A stretch of 64,000 nucleotides of DNA from positions 456,413-520,412 of the forward strand of contig NMRA01000125.1 of assembly GCA_002633005.1 (NCBI GenBank), read 5' to 3'. Positions 12,619 through 24,616 of this stretch are shown one piece after another (position 1 is the stretch's first letter; every line of letters begins with the position of its first letter). The DNA is from Phoronis australis (taxonomy: Eukaryota; Animalia; Phoronida). A program made the position numbers and the translations under genes. The notes below the pieces were generated by a model, which made no database searches, had not been told where the DNA came from, and saw only the letters and a list, made by a program, of their open reading frames with translations.

Positions 12619-14662
12619 GTATGGTAAAAACTACACTTTGTTGTATTATTCTCTATGTAAAAAGTACTCTTACTATCTAGACTTAGAGAGGTACCACAAT
12701 TACCACTTTCACTTTTGCTTGAGGTGGCTCGACACAGTTTGCCAAAAAGCCACAAAATAGTCGTCGTTTTACATCAGAACTGATTTACTAAACATTTGAA
12801 TGTTATTTTTGCTTCAAATAACAGGTTACCTAATTTCAAAAATGATGATTTTGCATTGATTTTTTGTTATGTGACCTTAAGCGATAGCCCACAATGTCTA
12901 ATTTCACAAGTTACATATTAGTTATGTTCAAACTCGTGATGAAATGAAACTGTTGTATTTTAGATAACAAAGACCAGCAGTTTCTATTTACACCACTTAC
13001 TGTTTTAGAATCCCTCTTAAATTGTAAAAATAGGACTGTGTGATATCTGGTATTGGAAAGAACTAGCAATTTGTTATTGCTTGAGGCCAGGCTCTATATG
13101 GTGTGTTGTCATACAGGCTGACACGTGATGGTGTGTCATCTTATTCTCGGAGTATTGTCTCGAGGAATAAAGAAATGTCAGTTCTTTTTAAAATCAAAAT
13201 CACTTTTTTTTCAAAAGAATTTCAAGTGTTTATTTTTGGAACCTGTGTAAATTTCACATTTTTGCCAGAGGTGCCTCTTATTAGGTGGGTGAAATGGAAA
13301 ACTAATTTGGACACCTCCACTTTCTTGCATGTTTGTATTAAGTAAAGATCAAAATTTGAAAGAAAATCAAATTAAAATTGTGTGAATTAGTGAATTTCTT
13401 GCGCTGAATTCTGTTCCCCAGGTCTCTACTCACATAGAAGGGGTACTAGTATACAGGAGGTGATGGTCTGATAGATTACTTTATCACGACCAGTTTCCAT
13501 ACAAAAATTTTCTGGTTAGGACGCTTCCTCCCGATTTAATTCCACATGAAAGGTTTCACTTTGGAAATTCAAACCTGTAGAAGGATCATTTTCCATAGAT
13601 GTACAAAATCTAACTTGGTTGTAAAGTTGAAAGACTTAAAAGTCTTATATTCACTTTTCGTGAAATTTAATTTGCACGTTTGAGGAATTTGACAAGAACT
13701 ACCCAGAAAAAAAATTTGATGTGACTACTAACTTTTGTTTGCTTTGGTTGTTGGCGATTAGTATTGTCCCAGAATATATTCAAGTCTGTTGGAGACTTAC
13801 ATTCTGTTGGAAAAAAATTAAATAAAGGCAACAGAGTGGGTACTTAGTTTTCGTGAGCATACTTTGGTCTAAGTACTGCCAGCCATGGATTGAACTATGA
13901 GGTTCAATTAAAGTACACATGTCAATTTCATTTTGGACTAGGAGGGCGTAACTAGTCTCTATAGTTGCTTAGAACTTTGCGGATAGTTGTAAATCTTGGG
14001 TGTCGTTCACATACAATAGGTCTTTTGAAATTGTCATGCAAGGTCAGTGAAAGTAGTTCTTTGTGGCACTGCTCTTATCTATACATAAACACAGCTTAAA
14101 AAAAGCTTTGTGGTCCTGACTGAGAAGATGATTGTTTCATTACATTTTGTATAGCCAAACCCAGATTGATAAATCAAGCTCTTGCTTGTCATGTAACTGA
14201 TGATGTCTTAAGGTTTTTCATTGAACATTTGTTGCATTTGTTGATTGCTCATCATATGTTGTTATTTTGTTTTGCTTTGAATTTACAATAAGTGGTGCCT
14301 GATAAGATGACCATGCCTATATGTGTGTCTACACATGTTTCCTATGAGGACAGGTTCTTGCCGTGTAAAGTGCCATCTAAAATATTTTTTGGCATGAACA
14401 TGTGCAGCATTTTGCTCTCTTATTTAAACCGTGATTTACAACACTCTTAAACTGGTAACACGACCTTGAACTATTTCTAGGAAACAGCCATGAATGAGGT
14501 TTGGGAGGCTATTTCCTGATGAATTTTGCACATGGTCTACTAGTAACGGAAGTTAGGACATTGTACACTTCTGGTTAGCTGATTTTGTTAATTGCTCTGT
14601 TTTGTTTCCTTCTTCCCAGGTTCCATTTTTAGTTTCACACCATCATGTACTCTAGAGAAACC

Positions 14663-15300
14663 TTAAAGGGCACCCTTGGGTACACTGAGAAAGATTCTGT
14701 TTTTTGTGATTTTGGTCACTTTCTACAGTTGGCTAGACGTGAATAGTTGTGGACTTAAATTTAAAGCCAAGCTATCTGAAGATATATGACAGCAGTTGCT
14801 GTATAAAATTGATATCTTACGATAAGTTGGTTATTTACCTGTTAAGTTACGTACGACCCTAGGAAATCGGCCATATTTTACAAGTAGCTGACCGATTCAT
14901 GTGAAACAGTTCTTCAAACCTCTCTTAGGGATTGTTTCTAAAATGTGTCACTTTTGCATGAGGATCTATCAAAAACAAGTATTTTCTGATTGTCATGAAA
15001 AAACTTGAAAGTTACATAAAACTAAAAGGACATGATAATTCAGAAAACTGTTACAGCTTTTCTGTGAACATTTATGTCAAACAAAATTTGTTTATGTTGT
15101 TGTTACCGTTTTCGTATGGATGTACCTTTTTGCTAAATTTTGTTAAAAAGACATGGTCACATTACCCAGTTAATGGCATATTGGTATAAAGTCAAACATC
15201 AAATTCTACAGGCTTTCTACTTTCAGAAAATACCTACTTTTAGCGAGTTAAAATTTATATTTGGCTAAATATGCAGACTTACGTGGATATGGTCCTAGAT
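14663..15300. mobile_element. Family A non-autonomous DNA transposon copy
   Basis: Begins TTAA|AGGG. Internal blocks match 56.1-56.5 kb (CATGGTCAC...TAATGGCA..TTGGTAT.AAGTCAAA..TCAAATTCTAC); ends ...GGTCCTA. Confidence 0.5.
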
Positions 15301-16452
15301 AAAAAATTCCGCCTGTTTCACTACTTTGCATAAACAATGCAAATTCAAGAAAAATTTATCACAAAATTGTATGTAATTCAAAAAAATGTTGGCATGTAAA
15401 AAGAGGAAGTTTCTTCAGCTTACTTTGGCATCTCCATTTTTCATGTCAGCACAATCTGTGATGTTTATTTCGTGTCTTTACAACACTTTCACATGTTTTT
15501 TTTTTTCCAATGGATAGTCACATATCATCAGTTCCACTAAAGATTGTGGATTCATTTATTCATTCATTTGCCCAAAAATCCTTACTCCCCAGTGAATTTG
15601 ACCCTCATGCTTTAGCAATCAAATTCAAAAGCTTGATTTAAATCAAAACAACCATATGTTGGTGATCAGTGTAAACACACTGGCAAGGAGTGTTCAACAT
15701 AATACATGGCACATGTCAGGAAGCAAATTAAACAGGTGTTGCTGTTGACCAGGGACCCTCCCACTTCAGTTTTCTCAAGGAAATAGGGATTGCCCAGGAG
15801 GCGTAAGATTTTTCGACAGGCGTGCACCACCCAGAAAAGTAGCCATTGACTAGGGTTTGCTACAGACTTGTCACACATGGTGCCCTTTAGGATTAGTGCT
15901 GTGAAATTCAATGCATGTTTCATATTACTGGTTTAATGATAGTTGTCTTTGGTCAAGGCATATGTTGAAAATATCCCCATCAATGTCTTGGTATAAAATT
16001 TCATCCCTTAACTTACACAGGACAATGGTTAAAACTTGTTTCACGACCATATGTCAAGTGCATTATCTACAGGTTGAACAAAATGCGAGTTTTGTTGCCC
16101 GATTTTCAAAACGAGGTCACACGCTTTCTTAATTCTGGGACATAGGAGAGTTCTATTGCTGTTATGGTCCTACAGAATATATGTCTGCATGTTTCAAAAC
16201 TGACTAGAATTATTACGGTACGGTAGCACAGGTGCCTGCCTAGTGAAGTACTCCTTAGATAGATAATTTGGATGTTTCTCCTCCTGGCCCAAAAGCAGAA
16301 AAAAGTCCATTTGCATTCATTCCCAAAATTTCTGTTAGTTCTTGTTTCATTAGTTTTTCTGCTTACCAGGATCAAACCTTGAAGTCAACAAACTATAACT
16401 TTGCACAATTGTCATGGTTACAGCATTGCAGATTGTATTCATCTGTTTGCAG

Positions 16453-16573
16453 TACCCTTGTTGATGATAGTATTGAAGACTATGGAATTGACAAGCGTCA
16501 TCTGAAAGAGTTTGTGAAGAATCTTCTGTCTCATAAAAACTTCATGTGGTTCTCGTGTCTAAATTTAATACAG
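16453..16573 (+). CDS. TMEM180: TMEM180 coding exon 2
   Basis: TTGCAG| TLVDDSIEDY...HKNFMWFSCLNLIQ |GTGAGT. Confidence 0.9.
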
Positions 16574-17507
16574 GTGAGTGAGACAAGACTAAATAGTTTG
16601 CACCATCTTCCACCTTGCAAGGGTTGGCCAATAACTCAATATTGTCCTGTTGGGGGAAACAAAAGTATGATCATTATCATTTTATCGTTCTGAGAACAGT
16701 TTACCGTATATAAAAACCATGGTCATATAGGCAATATGTTACAATCCTGAAGATAAGTCCACAACACACTCAGTTTGCAGACCATGACGTTTTCTTGCAT
16801 TCATTCATTTTTGTTCTTGTGTTTCCTACCAATCGCCCACCACCCCAAGTCAGGGGTACAGATAAATCCATTCTATGAAAATATTGAATAAACAGGTTAT
16901 AAAACAAATAAAAGCAATAGTGCACTTATTGCAAGTCCTTGGCCTTATTCAAGCGATTTTATGGTTGTCGTTGCTTTTGATATTTTCTGACTGTGATAAT
17001 GTTTTCTGATAACTGAACACTGCATTGTCTGGATATTTAGAATGCAGCCTTTGGTCTGATTTTTTTGTAAATAAAACAGTTTATACGTAAGTGGTCCATT
17101 GTATCCAACAGTTAATCTGTGGGCAGCCATCGGGCTTTCTAAGCTGACGTTGTGTCACTCGAACCATAAAGATTGCTTGTGAAGAGTCTGAAGAAAATAC
17201 CGGCATATTGCAAATTGCAAAGCTTGTTTACATGGTAAAATCTCACCAATTTCATACAAAAATAATTTCCAAAATTGGTCTTTTCATTTTTCAAGGGCAT
17301 CTCCAGAAGAAACTTTCCTGTTGTTAGGTATGGAAGATGGCAAAGCATTATTTTGGTCACACATGTCTTTTGCAGAAATTATGAGAAAGTAAAATTTTCC
17401 CCTTCTGCCATATTGTATCCTAAACTAGTGGCATTTTATCTTAGCTATTAAATAGTCTGTTCAGGTCCTCCTCGTAGTGAATTGTGATGTGTTCATTTCT
17501 CTTTCAG

Positions 17508-17604
17508 GTTTTTCATTGTCACTTCAACAGCAACTTTTTCCCGTTATTTCTCGAAAATCTGTTGGGAAATGCTGTCACACCTGCCACTGCGTCATTTCTT
17601 CTAG
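17508..17604 (+). CDS. TMEM180: TMEM180 coding exon 3
   Basis: TTTCAG| [20 protein letters not shown]...FLLG |GTAGGT. Confidence 0.93.
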
Positions 17605-19390
17605 GTAGGTCTTCATCGCTTCTCATAAAAACATTATTAGTCTGTCTAGGCACGGCGGCCATTTTACGGAAGTAACATCTTGAAATAACGAATGTAATTC
17701 AAAGAATGGCCATGCTGCCATCTCAGAAACATCAGGGACTATGACTTGAGCACGTTGCTATTAATGATTTGAAAAAGTTACGTTAGGCAATTCTCATGGA
17801 TGACGTCCACTTAATATGTACGGGTGGGAAATCATGTGTCATCAGCTAATCTGACTTGTTGTTTGCTCAAGAATTTTGTCTGTCCCGAGTGCCTGTGCTG
17901 GCTACTCTGGATGTCTATCATAGTGTAACTTATTGAATGTAGAACATTTGTAAGGTGTGTTATTAAACTGGAAGTAGTAGATTCTATTCACTACTTGCTA
18001 ACTTTTGTGCTGCAGAAAATGATTGTTGTGTTGCTGTTTAGGACACATTGCATGGTTTTAATATCAATTTTAACTACGTGAACGTAAAAGTGCGCTTTTA
18101 TTGCAGAAAGTTTATTCTATCTTTTCAAGAACTTGTGGAAAATCTACTAAATGTTCTCGCAGCTTTATGTCAGAAGTTGTTTAAAATTGGAAGTATATTT
18201 AAAACCAGCTATTTCGTCTCTTTCTCTCTATTGTGAGTCATTGTCACCTGAGACTGACAGTAGTGGTTCAGTGCGATTTGCATCACAAAGCTCATTCTGT
18301 CTCCCATAATGTTTTACGTTGTTACTGGCTACAAGTATTGAACTATAACTTCAAGTCTACAAATCACAAGTAATAAGCAGTTATAAACCAGAGTTCCGGG
18401 TTTAATGGCCGATTAAAAGCGTAGCATAATCAACATCTTGGTATTGTTTTCTCTACTGATTATTGTGGTTTTGATCAGAACATCACACTCAATATATTCT
18501 CCATTACAGAACCAATGTCCTCAGTTTACCAAAAGTATAGGAGGAATTAGTTGGTTTTTGTAATCAATTAAGTATGCTTGTTGGGGGGAGGGGTGGTCTG
18601 ATGACATCAGATTAGTACTGTGTAGCAGAAACACAAATAACATCGCCACCTCTTACAAACACTTACTTACCATTATCACCAATTTAAATAGGTTAAGTCA
18701 TCAAAATAGCAAAAAAGTGAAAACAAATGCTTTCATTTGTTAGTATATTGTGGGCTGGGCTGTACAAGCCCTACGAGGGGTGAAAAAAGCAATTATCTTC
18801 TCAGCCAGGACCATAAACCCTTTGTTAAACCGTTTTTTTTTTCTGACACAGGCTAACTGAGACATTTGTATGACTTAGACCAGGGTTCACAAAGAACTTC
18901 TTTCACTGGCCTTGCATTTCAATTTCAAAAGACCTATTGTGTGTACATGACACTGGTGATTTACAACCATCTACAAAATTCTAAGCCATTATGTGGACTG
19001 GTTACCCCTTCAAGCCCAAAATGGGTAACTGATGTGCATGCACTTAAAAACGCATGTTAGATTTTTGATGGTCCTTAGTAGGTATGCTGGCTATTTGGGA
19101 CAGTCTATCATGACGTAACTGCATTATGCACTGGGTAATAATAGATGGCACCAACTTGATCACTAGGCGTTTCATGGCTCATTGAACTCAGAAGTGTGAG
19201 CTGTGATTTTATTCCTTCCTAGAATTTCCCAAGTGCTACCAGGAGATATGGACATGCGCCTAGATAGTCATTCAAGGACTTGTCTTCTGAGGGAATGTAC
19301 GTTGTTCTCCTCTTGGAAGATATTTTATTATTTTGTCATGAAATACCAAGTCAGAAAGTACTGCCATAAATGCTTCTTTTGTTTTTGCAG

Positions 19391-19562
19391 GTATTTCCTT
19401 TGTAGCCCCCCACATCAACAATCTATATTTCCTCTCCCTCTGCCGGAGATACGGCGTCTATACAGTCATCAAGTTCCTGCTGGTTGTGAAGCTGTTGCTT
19501 AGCACCACCATGTGGATGATTGGAGCTGATAATATACTCATGCTGTGCCTGTTCATAGCAAG
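19391..19562 (+). CDS. TMEM180: TMEM180 coding exon 4
   Basis: TTGCAG| ISFVAPHINNLYFLSLCRRYGVY...LCLFIAS |GTGTGT. Confidence 0.93.
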
Positions 19563-19699
19563 GTGTGTAAAGTTGACCCAAACAAGTCATGCACGTGTTC
19601 ATAGCAGGGCAAAAAGCCTACAGTCTGTCAGAATTACTTTATGTTGAAGAGTCATTGACCATTAAGGACCAGCATGCTGCTGGTTCTCTGAATAACATG

Positions 19700-19895
19700 C
19701 AGAGCATAGTGACCCTACAGCTATTTACTATTTCCTGTCTTCTTGTCTCGCTCATTTCACTTCATAGATGTAAGCTGACTGATATATCTACACTTGATGT
19801 CTTATTGTTTATAACCTGATGATGTCCAATGAATAGACGAAACGTCAAATCAATATGAACTTTTTCATTTATGCGGCGATTGTCCGTTTTTTTAT
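19700..19895 (+). mobile_element. Dispersed repeat with minimal type I hammerhead ribozyme motif (Penelope-like/retrozyme-type), copy 1
   Basis: CTGATGA-T-GTC...GAC-GAAAC-GTC at 19816-19846; flanks homologous to 30095-30290 (-). Confidence 0.6.
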
Positions 19896-20371
19896 CAAAT
19901 TGTTATTTCCCTGAAAGTTTAACGTTTTCAGTATCTGTACTTTTAAAACTTTGGTTGCAAAAGATGTCGCCATGACCTATTCTTGATAACACGGCATCTC
20001 ATCTTGTACTGTTTCAGACACTTTTTAAAAGTTCAACTGTTCAGGAGTCCTTGTGGATGCGTTAGGTTCATGGAATCGACCCCTATGAGAGAGTGGAGTT
20101 TCCAGAAGTTTTTCATTGTAAACTCTGTACAAATTGGTTTGTTTTTTCCATGTCCTTTATAAAAAAGATAATATCCTGATTTTCTAGCTGTCCCTCCCAC
20201 TGAAAGTATGATAGAGTACCCCCTGGGTGACTTTAAAAGAAGTGAGGGTGGTTAGTCACCAAAAGGCAAATTAATGGTATCCAAAATTACAGGCTGATTT
20301 TCTTTTAATTGAAAAAATAATGAACATGTGGGAAATAGTCTCTAGTTTGAAATGCTGTTTCCTGTTTGTAG

Positions 20372-20565
20372 CAACCGTGTGTTCACTGAGGGTACATGCA
20401 AACTGCTCAATCTTGTCATTAGCGATCTGGTTGACGAAGACTTCGTTCTCCACAACCGAGACCAGGCAGTGTCTGCGCTTATGTTCGGCACAGCCGCGCT
20501 TCTCTCCAAACCGGGTCAGACTATCGCACCACTTGTCGGCAGCTGGCTCCTGGCCACAACCACGG
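20372..20565 (+). CDS. TMEM180: TMEM180 coding exon 5
   Basis: TTGTAG| [23 protein letters not shown]...[12 protein letters not shown]... |GTGAGT. Confidence 0.94.
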
Positions 20566-21203
20566 GTGAGTGGTTCTATGATTGTCTTAGCCCTAGAATA
20601 ATTGGAGGAAGTCCATTTACATTTCAGTAGCAAGCTTTATTGAGTAACCCGGACTTCGACTGCAGATTGCCTTTCTGGCTGTTACCAGCTTCTCTCCAGT
20701 GGTAGTTAATGTAAGCATTGCATTTCTGGTAGTAGTAGCTGTAGTGGAAGCATTTTCCACTTCATTCAATTGTGTGCTGAAGGATGAACTTTGCAGGACT
20801 TGAAAATCTAATTGGCTAATTTTTTCAAATGCCTCTAACTACTGTCCTTGCCATCCGACTGTTCGTGCATGGTAGTTTTTGAATAGAAATTTTGATAGAT
20901 ATCTTTTTTGAAAACCAATGAGATTTCAAAGAAAGTTTTGTCTATGCACTATCTAATTCTTGAATAATGTAAATTAATTGTTCCTTGATTTCCATCACAA
21001 TTCTTCACAAGCTTTGACAAAACTGTGCTTATTTTGACAAAACTCATCAACCCATTGCAAAATCTAGAGAAACATGTTTTTTAATTGTAACCTACAACAC
21101 TCAAAAAATAGCAAGTCATTATGTCTTGATAGATGCGTAGTTGACACACCGAACCCAAGTGTTGGCATTCTGCTCAATGTTCACTTGGTTGCAGTCTTTC
21201 CAG

Positions 21204-21462
21204 GGTCTATTTCATGAAAGTGACTCAAGAATTAAGGAAGAAATTTGGTCTTACGCTCTATGCAAATATTTCTGAAAAATAATTAAATCTCACTTGAACA
21301 AATGAGTAGTCTCTGAGAGAATATGTATTAGTTTCGTTACTGAGGTAATTTCCATAAATTATATCTAAACTGATGCATTCGTAATTACTTTTGCTAAATC
21401 TCTGTTCACCAATTGAGAAGTGGGAGAGTAATACTATTTAGTCACATTCATGAAACATACCC
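21204..21462. mobile_element. PIF/Harbinger-like MITE (family B)
   Basis: TIRs GGTCTATTTCATGAA / TTCATGAAACATACC, flanked by CAG on both sides (21201-21203, 21463-21465). Confidence 0.6.
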
Positions 21463-21547
21463 CAGAAGCTATAGTGCTTGGCTGCATCTTGGCAATCTGT
21501 AAAACATTCTAGTCTGGAAAATTGTGCAATGTGTATTTCTCTCCCAG

Positions 21548-21768
21548 GTCATGACATATTCAGAACTGGCAATAGTGCTGGGGGATCTATCAAGGTGGAG
21601 GCTGGTGAATCGTCTGACCTTCGTCTCGGCTGTTTCAACCTCCTTATCGTGGTCCCTGTCGTCTGTGCATTGTTACAGTTATTCGCTTGGTCAAAGTTCA
21701 CTCTCTACGGCAAGAGGTTGCTGTGGGTAAAAAGCGTACGCGAGGGATCTTCCCATCATACAGTTTGA
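21548..21768 (+). CDS. TMEM180: TMEM180 last coding exon
   Basis: CCCAG| GHDIF...GCFNLLIVVPVVCALLQLFAWSKFTLYGKRL...HTV*. Confidence 0.93.
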
Positions 21769-24610
21769 CCTATAAGCAGTTGGGAGACATAGAAGGGAAT
21801 TAACAGGTCTGGTTATGGTCACAATAGGTTGGTGGCCCTAAATTTGGCCTGTAAAATGGGTCAGACATCCTGTCTGTCTTGCTGTTAGGTTGTGATTTGG
21901 TCACGGATTAATTTGTCCGTGATTTCTTCCTGTTGCATTTACTCAGTAACTTGCACCTGGATCAAGTTGATCTGGATCCTTTCAAAAGCAACATCATCGG
22001 TGAGAAAAGAGACTGTTTGAAATCAGCCAGTGTATAATCTAAGCTACAACACTTTCAGCCACAGTCTAATGCTTTGCTGGTGTAGCTGAATCCCAAGATA
22101 TAAATGTTAAAGTATACAGCGTATTTTACTGGTAAAGTCACCAACCTTGATTTTAGCAAATGTCTGGCAGTCAACAGTGAGAAGTGGGGATTTCAATAAA
22201 ATCCCAAAAATAGTGGATTTTGCTCAAAACTAGTATCTTCAAGAAGTCAGTCCCATCCAACAATAAACCCAAAAGTACATTTTTCATCCGTAAAACTAAT
22301 ATTGTCCCCCTTTGAAGAAATTGGTGATCGAGAAAATACATATATTCAAACTAGCAGTTGCCGGGTTGTGACCTGCTAATAATTATCACTTGATGGTGCT
22401 AAATGAAGAAACTGTCCTCTTTTTACCATGTGAATAGACTGGTAACTGAGAGTTGTTTACCGTTATGAGTGTCCTGAATTCTTGCATTTCTGCACGTTGG
22501 ACTGTCAGTTGCAACCCTAGTGAATTTTGTGTTGCTGGTTGTGATATGTAACGCGACAGAACAACACTCTCCGGTTCTGTTTCAAATCTAAGCCACGACT
22601 GCGTGTTTTCAACTGAAATTTAAAGAGAGGGGGAGGGAGATAGGGATTGAGGAAGAGAGCGAGAGAGGGGGAGAGAGAGATATAATACAAAAACATTAAT
22701 CAAAATGGGTGGTTCTGTGTGGAATGTTTTTTTTTTGCTGACATTAAGATTGATTTTTCAAATGTAGACATGCAGTGTGCATGAGATTATGTTAAAACTG
22801 AGCGACTTAAATGATTCTCATTTTCTATTACTTAACTGTCATGTTGTTTGTACTTAATTCTATTATCTGTTACAGAGTTTGTTAAAAATGATGCGACTTT
22901 CGTTGTTGGATATACTCTTTCTGCATTTCTTGTATTGTCTAAAATTACTCCTTGAATTCGGATTGTAACTGTGCAGTAACTCCTCAAGCAACATCGTTAG
23001 AGGAACAAACAATTGAAAAGTTGTTTTAAAATTATAATATGATTCTATTATCTGGCATTGTGTCAAAAATTTTACAGAGATGAGCATTTGTGCAATATTG
23101 GGATATGCTGGACCACCAAAGTTTACTCAGACCCCTAAATTGCCACGACACTTCTATTCCAACTTTTAGTGGGTGGAGTAGACTCGAGAAATGGTGACCA
23201 CCAACTTTTAAGACATACTCCAACTTAAGAATTATTCTCGATTTGCTAGATCGAAACAGAAGATTAAGCACATTTTGAAACCTTGCGCCCTCTACAGTAC
23301 AGTCAAGGAATTTGAAGTGTTCCAATGAAGGAGGTGTGAAAAAGATTGTCTACTGTGGATTTTCTGACTGGAAATGTGCAGGAGATGTACTTTCTGAATG
23401 AAATTTTTGCTTATTCATTCTGGTTGCAGTTTTTGAAAAGATATAAGCAGTATTTGAGGTATCAAGTTTTGAAGTTATGGATTTATGTAAATGGTACTTT
23501 TTCAGTAATGCTAGGTAGCGGTCTTGGAAATTTCCAGTAATTTTTCTAAATTTGCTTGAGATTATATTCAAGAGTTATTGGTGGTTATGCTTTCCTGTAT
23601 ACTACTTGGGGAAACTGAGAATTATTCAAGATTTCCTGTGCTTTTGGTTGTGTACATTTTGGTGGTCTCCAAAACATGAGAAATTGCTCAGTCTGAGTAT
23701 TTATTGAAGGATCAATGGCTCTAAATGGGACAGTAAAGTTTAGTGGTTGTGGGCACATATATAAATAATCTTTGCTACTGTGTTGACACCTATTTGTATT
23801 TTTGTTCTGCAATATTTTAAAGCTGCAACAAACCTACTTAAGGCAACAGAAATAGTCTCAACATGTTCCTTACTTCATGTGAAGTGATTTCTGGGATTTC
23901 AACGAACTCGTTCAGACCATACTCGGTTACATAAAATTACCCGCAGTGACAAGCCAGCTTGTAAAGCTTGGTCTCCAACAATAATGAAGTCTCAGTTCTC
24001 TCTGAGTCCAGACACCCTCTAATTTGACTTAAGCGAGTTTAGAACCACTTCAACTGGTTAGATCATGTTGATTGTGTAAATGTGTAGTGTGAGACTTTGC
24101 TATGGCTTGCCGTTTTTTTTGCAAATCACATTATGCACAAAATTGTCATGATGATGGTGAGTGATGAGAACAACTCTGTTTTAAATTCCAGCATTTAGGT
24201 GGAAATTTCTGAGAACAGTATTATCCTTCCCATATGAAAATCCATGATGGTGCTCTGTTATTACAAAACTTAAGCTTTTATGCCACTTTTCCGAAGTTTG
24301 AAAAAGATAAAAAATAATGTATTTTTTTAATATACACCTGTGGTCATACTATTAAAAATTCATATGGTACTTATTTATGTGCTTTCCTTCAAATGAAATT
24401 GTGTCATATTATTTGCGAGCACAAAATTCTTTGTTGGCGTCAGACTTAAAAGGGGATCTTGGAAGATAACTAAGGTTTGCATGTGCAGTGCTAAAAGTAA
24501 GTTCATATATAATGTATCCATTAGTGATATATAGATGAATCTTTGTCTGTTTCTTTGTGCATTGTCTTTGCTTTGACCTGTGATACTTATTGTTAAATGG
24601 AGAAGTTTAC

Positions 24611-24616
24611 AATAAA
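24611..24616 (+). terminator. Candidate polyadenylation signal of TMEM180
   Basis: AATAAA at the end of a long GT/T-rich 3' UTR-like tract; a second AATAAA near 24709. Confidence 0.35.

Larger units (their letters stand above)
11945..21768 (+). other. TMEM180: Gene span: transmembrane protein 180 / MFSD13A (MFS-like transporter), 492 aa
   Basis: join(11945-12618,16453-16573,17508-17604,19391-19562,20372-20565,21548-21768) = 1479 nt, all GT-AG and frame-consistent. Motifs [58 protein letters not shown] are characteristic of TMEM180. Confidence 0.95.

Noticed and set aside
12619-12760. C-terminal part of the 271-aa ORF 11945-12760
   Set aside because: Read-through past the splice donor at 12618; homology continues in the next exon.
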